Part shown: positions 1-13,567 of the stretch, in pieces
How the letters are laid out: every line of letters begins with the position of its first letter
How positions within the stretch are numbered: position 1 is the stretch's first letter
Assembly (NCBI RefSeq): GCF_006345805.1
Contig: NC_043001.1
Location: 55,800,001-55,864,000, forward strand
DNA: 64,000 bases
Reading direction: 5' to 3'
Source: Octopus sinensis
Taxonomy: Eukaryota
The notes under the pieces: model-generated
Databases searched by the model: none
What the model was told of the DNA's origin: nothing
Seen by the model: the letters and a program-made list of their open reading frames with translations, nothing else
Translations under genes and position numbers: made by a program

Positions 1-175
1 ATATTCACACATATATACATATTCGAATTTTATACATCAACATGCTTCAGTGCAGAAAATATATTAATAAAAAAAAATCACCTAATAACAGTTTTACACT
101 AGCTGTAGCATAATATTAATCGTCAGAAGCATCAACACAACCACCATAATCCCCATCATGTTAGTCATTCTTACC

Positions 176-180
<5 letters not shown>

Positions 181-211
<31 letters not shown>
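181..211. repeat. (CT)n microsatellite
   Basis: Pure CT dinucleotide run. Confidence 0.95.
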
Positions 212-215
<4 letters not shown>

Positions 216-233
216 GTATGTATATATACTACA

Positions 234-745
234 GAGGATATCCATAGACTTGAAAGAAATTAAGCCAGCATGCTCTGTTGAATGGGTAATGTCAGTGTGC
301 ATGTACAACAGACTGTAAATGATTTAAGAGAAAAATTGGGTTTAAGACGCATCAAATGTAGTGTGCAAGAGAAAGTCTGTGCCGGTATGGTCATGTGATG
401 CATATGGATGAGGACAGCTGCATAAAAAAGTGCCAATTTCTAATAGTGGAGGGAACTTGTGGAAGTGGTAGACTCAGAAAGATGTGGGATGAAATGATGA
501 GAAATGATCTTCGAATGCTGAGCCTCACAAGGATGTAAAAAGCACCTGTGCTGGTGCCATGTAGAAAGCACATGTAATAGTGTCATGTAAAAAAGTACCT
601 GTGCAGGTAAAGTGGTTAGTGTTAGGAAGGGCATCCAGCTACAAAACAGACAATTAGAGCTGGTGCATCTCTCTAGATTCCCAACTCCTGTCAAACCATC
701 CAACTCATGCCAGCATGGAAAATGGATGTGAGATAATAATGATGA
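234..745 (+). mobile_element. RTE-clade LINE 3' fragment (ORF C-terminus, 3'UTR, GAT-rich tail), decayed
   Basis: Translates with stops/frameshifts as EDIHRLERN*ASML...LREKLGLRRI...YGHVMHMDEDSCIKKC...EGTCGSGRLRKMWDEMMRNDL, matching the RTE C-terminal pattern LRWYGHV...GRGRPRKTW. The 3'UTR (catgccagcatggaaaa...gatgat) recurs elsewhere in the window. Confidence 0.85.
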
Positions 746-808
746 CAATGTAGGTTTCAAGTGGTTATGTAACAGCTTGTTACATATGTACTACTCTCAT
801 CAGTTGAT
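744..808 (-). ncRNA. Hammerhead-ribozyme-like motif, stem I incomplete
   Basis: Minus strand reads CTGATGA-GAGT...ATGTAACAagcTGTTACAT...ACTT-GAAAC. Both core boxes are intact with a long stem II. The 3' strand of stem I is absent where the motif abuts the RTE tail. Confidence 0.6.
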
Positions 809-1131
809 TATAAGAGAAATAATAACAGTTTGATCTATTCCTACTTGGATAACAAGACAGGTAAATGAAAGGAATGTTAATCAAGACACTGAGTTGAAAT
901 TATCTGATACAGCATCCATATATACACACATAAATGCACACATATATGATGTATGTGTGTGTGTTGATATTTTATGTGTGTGTATATATATATCATTGTA
1001 AAGTGATTGATGAAAAGCTGAGAACTAGCTCTTCACTACCCACCTACATAAATAAGTGAAAAGTAGCATCAGGGGTTAGTGTGTAAGCCAGAAAGAACAA
1101 GAGAGAGAATGATAGGATAACAGAGAGATTT

Positions 1132-1167
<36 letters not shown>

Positions 1168-3184
1168 TCATACATATACATATGTATCGGTGAGAGAGAA
1201 AGATATTACAGAATAAATATTTTAATGTGTTTAGTTTCTTGTTCTGTGATTCTGGCTTCAGTTTTTGTTGATTTTATTTTCTAGCTTTCTCAATTTAATA
1301 TAAAAAATTATCAAACAGGAATTTAAGATCGAAAGATAAAGGATGTGTTGTAATTTACTTACAAATATGTTTCCATCGCTATATATTAATTTAATGTAAA
1401 TGGTATTTATAAGTCTGTTGTGAAGTCTCAAAATTATAATAATATCTTCTAGTTATTTGGTTTATTTGCAGTGATCATTAGCTACAGTTATAATATGATT
1501 ACATTTCAGATGAGACCCAATGCTGTTAACATCAGCAAGTGGTTAAATGGTTTTGAGAGAGATCCATCATTTTAGTAATGATAAATAAGTTTATAGCTCC
1601 CAGTGGTCTCTTAGATCTTGTTTTCTGTACACGAGTGAGTTACTGAAGAAGATAATTAGGCCAAGGTATACATAATGTGTAGATAACTATTTCAAGAATA
1701 GAAACTGTTTGGGAGATATTTGATTGGACTCAAACTCTAAAGGCTGCTGTGTTACAAAGTTTCAGACATGATCTTTCAAATTTGATAGACTATTGAATGA
1801 ATCGCTATTTTGTGAGATTTTTGCAGTTCATTAACTCTTGGTTTTCTATGAGGATATGGTAATTTCTAACAAATAATAGGAAATTCATTTGAGAAATAAA
1901 ATGTGCCATTATATTTTCATCAAGATTTGCAGGAATAAAGATTACCTGTCTACATGTGTGAAGACAGAGCTCTGTTTAATAAGCAAGAGCCTTTTGGGAG
2001 TACTGGTATTTAACTGAAGTAAGCTCTATATACTTTATACCACTCATTCAATTTGCCCTTGTCACATGAGTTATCTGTCTCTCTGTTTTATTATTTGTAT
2101 ATGGCTTTCAGAGAAGATATCTTACAGGCACACATGAACAATTTCACACACAGAAAGAGAAAGGAGAGAGAGAAGGAGAGAAAGAGACAAACAGACAACC
2201 GAGAGACTGACTGACTAGAAAAAAAATGAAAATGTAAAGCAACATAAACAGGAAATTTGTAAAGCAATATAGAGTAGAGTTTTCAACAAGTCCTGTTTAA
2301 ATAAAAGGACTTACTGATCTGTAGATGATATATTATATATTTTTTAATATATGTTTTAGGCAACATTCTAAGTGAGTGTGTCTAATTGGTTAAAAGAATT
2401 CTTTTCCTTCAGTGGAGGTATTTAATAATTACTGCTGGCTATGTTATTATATACACAAATTGTTCTGGTTATATTTGCTAAGGAGTTACAGCAGTGGGCA
2501 GTTAGTAAAGGTGTTGTGTCATCAAACATCTATAATTACTGACAGCATAGTATAGCTATAAGAAACCCCATGTTGATCAGGTGAGTTATGACAGACTATG
2601 GATAACTAAATGGATTGTGTACAACTATAATAAATGGTGGTAGAGGGGCAGCATTTAAGTCTATCGTTGTTATGCTTGAGACTACATGTCCAAGCCATTA
2701 ACCATTGGTTGCCATGGTGTAAAATGATTCTCAGTCAATATCACATGGAAGATCTCAAGTTATTTATTCCTTCCTATCTCTCACTCTTCTCTCTCTCTCT
2801 CTCCCTTCTTCCCTCTTTAATAGTGTGTGTGGTATTTACCTTTTCCAGCTACAATACCAATATCATGCTAAGAAGAGAAGCCTACATGTTCACTCTCTTT
2901 ACAAGAAATAGTGCTAAATTTTCCTTAAACCAATCATACTGTCTCAAAAATGGAAGGGTACAGTGGAAAATTCATTCTTAGGTTTTTCTCATTCAAAGTG
3001 TACCTAGGCCAAACAAATATAAAGCAACATCAGTTAGATTCTTTTAAATTTCTGGAGCTGCTTCAGTGTTTCTTGTCTTTGATGAGTAATACAAAATGTG
3101 GTCATGCTTTTAGTGTTGGGTTACGATTGCATGATGTGCTGTGTTTTAGAGTGAGGTAGCAACTGTGCAGCAGGAGTTGCAGGT

Positions 3185-3427
3185 TCTTTTATCTTTTAGT
3201 TCTTTTATCTTCAGTCATTAGGCTACAACCATGCTGGGGACCGCCTTCAGGAATTTTAGTCAAAACTAATTGATCCCAAGTACTTATTTTCTTTTTAAAC
3301 CTGACTTATTCAATTGGTCTCTTTTGCTGAACTGCTAAGTTACAGCAGATGTGAACACACCAACACCAGTTGTCAAGTGGTAGTGCGGACAAACACAGAC
3401 ACAAAGACATATACACATAAATATATA
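3185..3427 (-). mobile_element. tRNA-derived SINE family A, 3' half, CpG-decayed
   Basis: Aligns by eye to the full copy at 50581-50974 (tcagtcatt...catgctgg...ctaagttac...aaacacagacac). Confidence 0.85.
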
Positions 3428-4525
3428 CAGGGGTTGGACAAAATAATAGAAACACCTTAAAATCTTAAATTTATTTTAATATGGGGTAGGACTGCCTTTG
3501 GCAGTAATTACAGCTTGAATTCTACTCGTACAAAGTTTGAATTGTTTCCAAAGGAATTTTTCTCCATTCTTCAGCTAAAATAGTCCCCAGTTCTTGTAGT
3601 GATGATGGTAGAGATTATTGACTCCTTACTTGTTTTTCTAAAATGCACCATAAATGTTCAATAATATTGATATCTGGAGACTGTGGTGGCCAGATAAGAT
3701 GTTCAACTTCACTAGAATGTTCTTTATGCCATTCAGTAACAACTTTAGCTATGTGAGTTGGTGCATTATCATCCTGAAAGATCACGATTCCCTCCGGAAA
3801 CAGTTCCGCAACCATAGGATGAATTTGATCAGACAAAATGCTTAGTTTTGACTATTAATTCTGCCATGAAGAGAACCCATTGGGTCAGCAGATTTCCAAG
3901 ATATAGCCTCACCAGATCATCACAGAGCCACCTCCATGTTTAACAGTTGGAAGATGGCAGTCTGGGTCAAATGCATCTTTTGGCTGTCTCCACACGTATA
4001 TTCGGCTGGTGGTCAGAAATAAGGTAAAGGATGACTTGTCTAGGGACCAATTCTGTAGGTTTTTACTCCACTCTAAATGCTTTGCAACGTTTGTTTTTGA
4101 AAGTAATGGTTTTCTGATTGCAGCCCTCCTGTGAAATCCAACTTTGTGCAGCTCCCAGTGAAGAGTTTTTGTGGAAACTGGGTTCTTGAGGTGGTCATTA
4201 AGCTCTGCAGTGATTTTGGGAGCTGTACTTGTGTGAGCCTTTCTAACAATTCATGTAAGAGTCTGACAGTCCCCATCTGAAAGTTTTGGTTTTCTTCCAG
4301 AGTTTTCTTTCGAGGAGGTTTTTCCCTCTTCCCTAAAGGGAATCAATACTTTCAAGACTGTTTTTCTTGATACACCAAACATTTTGGCTGTTTCCATTAC
4401 GCTAGCACCTGCCATACAAGCACCAACAATTTGACCTCTTTGAAAGTCCGATAGATCTGTCATTTTAATGAATTTTAGGAAGTCTCCTAATCTAACTGCA
4501 CAGATTATGTGCTATCATGCTGATC
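3428..4525 (-). mobile_element. Tc1-like DNA transposon remnant (DD36E type)
   Basis: TA followed by a TIR-like end CAGGGGTTGGACAAAATAATAGAAACACC at 3428, just past the transposase stop. The second TIR was not found. Confidence 0.85.
3476..4463 (-). pseudogene. Tc1-family transposase pseudogene
   Basis: Fragments MTDLSDFQRGQIVGA...SGRKPKLS (HTH), DKSSFTLF...PTVKHGGGSVMIW, FQDDNAPTH...WPPQSPDINIIEHLW and RIQAVITAKGSPTPY*, with several frameshifts and stops. Confidence 0.93.
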
Positions 4526-4529
4526 TCTA

Positions 4530-4917
4530 ATTATGGAGGGAGCCTGTGGAAGAGGTAGACCCAGAAAGATGCGGGACAACATGGTGAAATATGATCTTCA
4601 ATTGTGGAGTCTTGTGGAGGCAATGACAAGTGCCCAATACTTTTAGCAATTTGCTATACTTGAGAAGACACATCAAGTCAAGCAAAATTATCGTCGTGGC
4701 CAGTGCTGATGACATATGAAAGGCACCTGAGCCAATGATAGATAAAAGATACCTAGTACACTCTGTAAAGTGGTTGGCATTGGGAAGAGCATCTGGTCAT
4801 AGAAACCAGACCTAAACAGACATCTGGAGCCAGGTGCAACTCTCCAGCTGAACAACTCTGGTCAAAATGTCTTACCCATGCCAGCATGGAAAACGGACAT
4901 TAAATGATGATGATGAA
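4530..4917 (+). mobile_element. RTE-clade LINE 3' fragment
   Basis: MEGACGRGRPRKMRDNMVKYDL, then the same 3'UTR as 234-745, ending cagcatggaaaacggacattaaatgatgatgatg. Confidence 0.85.
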
Positions 4918-5277
4918 GGCTGTGCTATAGCTGTCAGATACTTTGCAAAATATTAGTTGCCTTATGTGTTATATAGTTGTGATGTGCATGTGTTCTCCAT
5001 TTTAGGTATCTCTTCTTCTTATCTGTAATTCTTTATTGCTATTCATCTTTGTTCTTTCTCTATCATTTGTGGACATTTATGACTTTATTCAGTGCAAATC
5101 TCCAACTACTCTTCTGTTTCTTCCTTGTACTATCCCCAATATCTTGAGACCTTGGAACCAATAAAAGAAATCAATGAGAATCAAACCAAAATGCTTTGCA
5201 AACATTTACTTACAACCCTTTACTGTCTGTGTCCAAATTCCATCAAAGCCGTCACCTTTCATGTTCCTGTAATCAAT

Positions 5278-5500
5278 AAAATCAAGTACTAGTCAATCTC
5301 TGACAGGTTTATGGTCAAGCCTATGGTAGTGGAGAACTCTGGTGTACTTGGTCACTGGACCATATCTCTGCTCACCACTATCAGGGTGGAGATGGCAGAT
5401 GGCAAGTGTCAGCCCTGGTGAGTCAGAGTGGCTGTACCAGTGCATCTCTCTTGCCATCTTCTGGGGCAACGCTTTTTCCATTTTGCCTACTGGGACCATG
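5278..5500 (+). mobile_element. Decayed C-terminal restriction-like endonuclease region of a CRE-like non-LTR retrotransposon
   Basis: KIKY*SISDRFMVKPMVVENSGVLG... then, after a frameshift, ESEWLYQCISLAIFWGNAFSIL. Resembles the PxAxET.G.xG...WLxQRLSLAVxRGNA motif of RLE-bearing LINEs. Confidence 0.6.
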
Positions 5501-6559
5501 AAGCAGTCTGAATTACAGGAAACTGAGAGAACGTAGGAATTTTGTAGCTTACTACATGACTAATATTATTTTTGTTACAAAACTCAATCTGTCAGTAAGG
5601 ATTGCTTAATGGTCTTCATGGAGATTCGTTAAATAATAAGGTCAATTTAATCAACTACAGCTTCCCTTCCATTGGCCATACTTGAACCCTTGTGCCTATG
5701 TTAGAAATCATTTATTATTATTAACTGTTATTAATTTGATAACATCTGAATCGGGTATATTGATTATTTTAGTCAGGTTAAACAGGTAGCCACAACACAC
5801 ACGTGTGCATATATGTGCACACACAGACACAGAGAAACAAGCATGTATGTACATACACAAGCACATGCATGCACACACACACACCACACACACACACAAA
5901 GAGAAGGAGGGAGAAAAGGGAGCATTTTAACAAAGTATTGCCCTCAAACTCACCCACAGTTGACAGTCATATGATGGAAATCTTAGATGAGACAGACTGA
6001 TAACTCTGATTTGGAAGACATTTATTCATTTATGTTTTTTTTTTTATAAAGATTCTATTAATATTGATAATTATATCTTAAGTGTGTGTATGGTAGAGGT
6101 GGAAGCCAATGGAAGCCAGTGTCTGTAAATGTGTAAAAACTGTGTGTGTGTGTGTCTTTGTAGAATGGAGAGTTAGCATGTGTGTTTTTGATCAACAGAT
6201 TTAGTATAATTGCTACTGTTGTCATTGTAGTCAAGTTGTCTGTGGCAAGGAGTGGAGGAAGGTAACAGATTGGGAGAATAGGTGAAAGAGGACAAAAAGT
6301 ACTTAAAAAACTGATGATGCATCAGTCTTCTCTTGAAATAATAAAAATAATAATAAAATGTTTAAGAAATGGTCTCATTTTCTTATCTTTACTTGCTCTT
6401 CACAAAAACATTTTTCAGCTTATCTCTTAAAACTTCAAATATTCAATTCACATACACATGCAGGCATGCACACACACACACACACACACATAAGCACTAC
6501 TAACTTTTTTGGGGGTCATTCAACTAGGAATTTGTATGTCAAAGCTAAGGTCTCCACAA

Positions 6560-6735
6560 GCAATCTACTCAAGTTGTTCCTTGATGTTGTCTATCCATCT
6601 TTTCCTATCCACCTCCCCTTCTTTCCTCCCACAGTTCCTTGACAAATGATTTTTACCAAGATCATTCAATCTTGTTATATGGCCACAACATTTCAGTTTT
6701 CTTCTCTCCATCATTGTGAAACATCCTTCATAGAA
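6560..6735 (-). mobile_element. RTE (BovB-like) LINE 3' ORF fragment
   Basis: Minus strand RRKLKCCGHITR...IICQGTVGGKKGR...KRWIDNIKE, similar to RRKLKWYGHVTR...ILQGTV.G.RRRGR..KRW.DNIKE. Confidence 0.7.
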
Positions 6736-7007
6736 TTCCAAAGTTGACTTTGCTTTTCATCCTTTTGAGGTCAATAAAATAAGTACCAGTGAAGCACTGG
6801 GGTTGATGTAACAGATTATGTTTGTTGCTAATATTTAGCCATAGATCGGCATTGATCAAAAACTATGATGAAAAGAATTCCAAACATGACCATCGCATAT
6901 TTTTATACATCTGGGAAAACACTGACCCAAGTATCCATCCTTTATTTCAGATGGTGTGGTTTAAGGGAGATTTGACTGCTATTTATAGTAAGTAGATGAT
7001 CATATTG

Positions 7008-7309
7008 CAGTGGTTTTCAACTGGGGTTCATATAAGATTTGGTAGGGTTAATTCAGGCAAAACAGTAAATTGAGGATCCACAGTAGTATGTTAAGGGTCC
7101 TTGAAAAAATTTTGCTTGTTTTACATAGTTCAACATGTTTTACATAGTTCAACCTACACAAGTTAATGTGTGAAAAACAAAATAGGAATTTTGAAAGAAG
7201 TATTTATAAAACTAGTTTTTAAATGTCAAGAGGCTATGGGGATCCACCAGAATAAAATAGTAATCAAAGGGGTCAATAGGTAAAAAAATAAAATTGTTGA
7301 GAACCACAG
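7008..7309. mobile_element. hAT (Charlie-like) MITE
   Basis: Ends CAGTGGTTTTCAAC ... GTTGAGAACCACAG form imperfect 14-bp TIRs. TSD not preserved. Confidence 0.65.
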
Positions 7310-7881
7310 CAATTATTCTCAGTCTGGAAATGTTTGGTATATTACTAGTACACTTTGCATGGATGACTAAAATGACTGGAAAATGTTGTAGAAAAAAAAC
7401 TGATAAGTTTATTTTATAAAACATACTTGTTTATAGCAAAATATGAATAGCATGTTTCTCAAGACACATGTCAGCATTTGTGCGGATTACATAAAGCCTT
7501 AAATATATTATTTATATTTTTTAAAATCCATGGTACACCCAAGTATCTCCTGCCGTGCATCACTGGAGAAGCACATATGTAGGGGATTCGCTTGTTGGCT
7601 CCTATATGCATTGTGTGCGACGAAGGGCATACACGTGTTCTAACACACATATAAATGTTAATGCTAACTAGGAATTGTTTCTGCGAATACACTTACATCT
7701 ATGTCGATGGGAGTTGTGTGCATATACATAAAACAGTGTGTCATATGTGGCAGTGAATGCATGTTTGTATACGTGCAAATACATGTGTACAAATGTATCC
7801 ATCACTGTTTTACGTGTAGTCAAAGAATGTGTTTGCGAGCAAATAAGTGTGATTGCAGGTATGCGTGTTTAGCATTTGTTT

Positions 7882-8246
7882 TAGGGGACATTCAGCTGAA
7901 GAGAATGTCCCCTATCACCAGTCCTGAATAAGCACAGCACAATCATGATTGTAGGAGTTTGAGTCCCTTTTCTGTACAGACAGAAAAGTGGGTTCTTTGA
8001 GAAACATTTAACTGTTTATTTCTAAAAGATCGAGTGAATATGAAGTGTCACGTATTTGCCTTATATGTGTGCACGTATTGTAATTTTGTTTGTATTTACA
8101 GGGGCGGCGGGAATCATGCTAGTGAGGACAAAAAGAGCCCCGGTATTTCTCTCTTAGTGCTTGTGGAGGATGCATTACAGGAACTGAAACTGGTTTGATT
8201 TCCAGTCGGCAGCTAAAGAGAATGTCCCCTATCACAAGTTGTATGT
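7882..8246 (+). other. 26-bp direct repeat pair with hairpin and splice-like signals; candidate small exons
   Basis: cagct(g/a)aagagaatgtcccctatcac at 7893-7918 and 8210-8235. Each copy lies just after a pyrimidine-rich AG (7883-7884, 8204-8205), and gtatgt follows at 8241. Confidence 0.35.
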
Positions 8247-8334
8247 AGAATACAGATGTGTGTGTGTGTGAGAGAGAGAGTGACAGATATCCTCTTTTTA
8301 ACTAGCATACATCAGATATACGGCGATGAAGACA

Positions 8335-8436
8335 CGCGCATCTATGCGTGCGTGCGTATGTATGTATGTATGTATGTATGCATGTATGTATGTATGTATG
8401 TATGTGTGTGTGTGTGTGTGTGTGTGCGTGTGCGTG
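8335..8436. repeat. (TATG)n/(TG)n compound microsatellite
   Basis: Direct reading. Confidence 0.9.
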
Positions 8437-9192
8437 CTTGTTTTCGACCTGGTTTTGTAAGGAAAAGGTTGATTCGTCTCCAGTATATGATTGCTAGTTA
8501 TTTACTTTATTGACCCCAGGAGGATAAATGGAATAATAAATGCGAAGTCCAGAGCAATGAGATTTGAAATAAGAAACTTGGGAGTTGAACGAAATTAAAG
8601 ACTGAAAAACATTTAGCCTTGCACTCTACATACTATTTCTGCCAACTAAACGCCCTCCCGTCTGTTTTTTTTCTTTTTTTTTTTGGTGTATGTCTGTGTG
8701 CGCGCACGCTTCCTCAACTACACATCTATCTATTCACTCACAGATCATACATGTATATGTCGTGTGGTGTGTGTGTGTGTATACACACACACATAAGCGA
8801 AAGTAAAAAATACGCACACCCGTTGTTTAGGGCTACATACATCCGTATAGATGTGTATGTATACACACACACACAAACACACATATAGGAAGAGATAAAT
8901 TAACCGATATGATATTGACAAAGAAAAATACACATACACATAACTAAAATGTATGTGTATCAGTATAAACTATATATACTTAAACATATGCGTGTGCATA
9001 TATATATATATACACGCATAATTATAAACTTTCATACTTATGACACCGTGTGTGTATATATGTAATACTACATATTAAATGAAAATATACTATATATTTA
9101 TAACATACACATGTATATAACCATACATGTATAGGTATATGATATATGTGTGTGTGTGTGTGTGTGTGCTTATGTGTATATACACTACACAC

Positions 9193-9226
<34 letters not shown>

Positions 9227-10839
9227 TTATATATATAGTATGTACACATGCAGATATCTTTGAGTATGTGAGCATACATTCATATAACACAAGTATATAC
9301 ATTCATATTGAATGTGTATAAAATATACATATGCATGTATATATTACACGTGTGTGTGTGTGAACGTGTGTATTACACGTGTACACAAACACACACACAT
9401 ATATTAATATAAATATGTTCATACCCCTGCCAGCCCGGCTGGCATGAGTTAGACAGGTTGACTTGATTCAAATCAGAACTTGTTAAAACTTCTTGTTTTC
9501 ATTCTGGCATATTTTTAATGCCCTTTCTAACACCAACCATTTAATAGACTGTACGGGTACATTTTGTGTGGGTGTGTGTGAGAGACATCAACCCTAGGAA
9601 GTTTGTCCTATTCTTGACATGTGACAACTAAAGGGTCCTCAAGACCTGTCGATGTCGTTATCCATCGGAGTATTATTGGTTCCTTATATTGCTTTGTAAG
9701 TTTCAAGGCACTTCAATGAAGGGTCTAGTTGATCAAATCAATTCTAGGGCGTAATTTTGGAGCCTCGGTACATATCCCAGATCTGTTTTTGATTAATTAC
9801 TATGCGAACCAATACCGGTAGTCAAGCAATGAAAGGCAGCTTAGTTTCAGTCAGTCAAATTCATTCACAAAATAATTGGTTGTCCCAGAGCAATAACTGG
9901 CGAAACTTCCCCAAAATGCCACATATTGAAACTGAAACCGAAACCACAGAGTTCCAAAGCAAATATCTTAGCTGTTTATGTGTATGCACACACACACATG
10001 TATATACAATATACATAAATATATACACATTTATATACATGCAATATAGACAAATCTATGTGTACATACATACATACATATGAAGATATATGTGTATGTA
10101 TGTATGTATGTGTGTCTATAGACAGAGAGCTAGATATCATGGTCATGATAGAGCTCCATGTATGTAATGTATTGCATTGAAAACCATCAAACAGTTAATA
10201 TTATACAAGTTATTAGTGAAGAGAAACTCCCTCTAAGAGTGTTTAAATGCTAAAAACAATTAACAAAAGATAAACTCCTTTAGATTGGATTGAAATTTTT
10301 GGATAACCTTATTATTAAAATCGTTGTGCATAGATATTTATATATTTGGCAGTGAAAATCATACAATCAATTCGCAGAGATTTTGATTGAACGTGATCAA
10401 CGTGCTGAAAATCCAGATTTGAATCTAGATCGTGAGTCTAACAATCTCACAACTGAACTATTTTGGGATGATTGAAAGTGACTCCATAGTTTACTGAAAC
10501 TTCATTCAAATATTGTGACCAGAGAAAAACTCATTTCCAAATAAAAGAATTCCAAATACAACAGGGTTGTCTTTCTATGCATTTTAGATCTTTCTTCTAC
10601 AGGTTTTCAGTTTTGTGTGAAATGTATATATTTAGATAGTGAACGGTGCAGTGCAGCTATAGTAAACACTTTTCTTAACACCAAGCATTTCCTCTCATAA
10701 TTCCATATACATACATGTATACATAGACATATATATACACATTCATCTCTCTCTCTCTCTTATATATATAATACACACACACACACACATATATATATAA
10801 ATGTATTTATATATACATATATGTGTGTGTGTAAATATG

Positions 10840-13123
10840 TATGTATATATTATATATAATATATATAATATATGTATATTATATATAATACATATAATAT
10901 ATATATATTATAATATATATACATATATATATATATATATTATATATATATATTATATATAATATATGTATATTATATATAATATATACATATATATATA
11001 TAATTATATATATATATTATATATAATATATGTATATATATATAATATATAGATATTATATAATATATATATATATTATATATAATATGTGTATATTATA
11101 TATAATGTGTATATATTATATATTATAGATATTATATATAATATGTGTATATTATATATAATGTGTGTATATTATATATTATAGATATTATATATAATAT
11201 GTGTATATTATATATAATGTGTGTATATTATATATAATATATAGATATTATATATAATATATATATGTGCATATTATATATATATATAATATATATAATA
11301 TATATCATATATAATATATAATAATATATCATATATAATATATATAATATATATATTATATATATATCATATATATATATATAATAATATATATTATATA
11401 ATATATATCATATATAATATATATAATATATATATTAATAATATATATCATATATAATATATAATATATATTATATAATATATATATATATATATTATTA
11501 TATATATATCATATATAATATATATAATATATATCATACATAATATATATAATATATATCATACATAATATATATAATATATATATTATATAATATATAT
11601 ACATATATTATATAATATCATATATAATATAATATATATCATACATAATATATATAATATATATCATAATATAATATATATAATATATATAATATATATC
11701 ATACATAATATATATAATATATATCATACATAATATATATAATATATATTATATTATATATAATATATCATACATAATATATATTATAATATATATATTA
11801 TATTATATAATATATATATCATACATAATATATATTATATTATAATATATATATCATACATAATATATTATATTATATATAATATATATACCATACATAA
11901 TATATATTATAAATAATATATATTATATTATATATAATATATATAATATATATATCATACATAATATATATTATAAATAATAATGAAGGGTGAAATTAAT
12001 TAATTTGGAATAATTATCAATTACACCAAGTAGTCTTCGGCATGTAAAAGCCTCATTCGAGGAAAATTTAAGTAATACTAAGCAATAAAGGGTTTAGCAA
12101 CGAATTGCCTTACCACATACCGAATTTAAAATTCGGTATGTGGTAAGGCAATTCGTTGCTAAACCCTTATTGCTTATTATAAATAATATATATATATTAT
12201 ATATAATATATATAATATATATCATATATATATATAATATCTATAATATATATAATATATATTATGTATAATATACATATATATATTATATATAATATAT
12301 ATATCATACATAATATATATTATATATATATATAATATATATTATGTATATATACATTATATATAATATATATAATATATATTATGTATAATATACTTAT
12401 ATATATATATATAATATATATCATACATAATATATATTATATATATATATATAATATTATATTATGTATAATATATATTATATATATTATTATAATATAT
12501 ATTATGTATAATATATATTATATATATTATATATAATATATATATGTATAATATATATTATATATATTATATATAATATATATTATGTATAATATATATA
12601 TATAATTATATATAATATATATTATGTATAATATATTATAATAATTATATATAATATATATTATTAATATATATTATATATATTATATATATATATAATA
12701 TATATATATAATATGTATAACATATATATATATAATATATATATAATATATATATATATATGTATAACATATATATATAATATATATATAATATATATAT
12801 AATATATTATATATATAATCTATATATATAATATATATATAATATATATATATAATATGTATAACATATATATAATAATATATATATATAATATATATAT
12901 ATAATATGTATAACATATATATATATAATATATATATAATATATATATATAATATGATAACATATATATATATAATATATATAATATATATATATAATAT
13001 GTATAACATATATATATATAATATATATATAATATATATATATAATATGTATAACATATATATATAATATATATATAATATATATATATATTATATATTA
13101 TATATAATTATATATATATATAT

Positions 13124-13154
<31 letters not shown>

Positions 13155-13343
13155 ATATTATATATAATATATATATATATATATAATATATATATATAAT
13201 ATAATATATATATTATATATATATATATATTATATATATATATAATATATATATATAATATATATATATATATATAATATATATATATATATTATAATAT
13301 ATATATATAATATTATATATATATAATATATATATATAATATA

Positions 13344-13376
<33 letters not shown>

Positions 13377-13527
13377 ATAATATATATTATATAATATATA
13401 ATATATATATATCTATATATAATATATATATATATAATATTATATATATAATATATATATATATATTATATACTATATATATATAATATATATATATAAT
13501 ATATATAATATAATATATATATAATAT

Positions 13528-13567
<40 letters not shown>

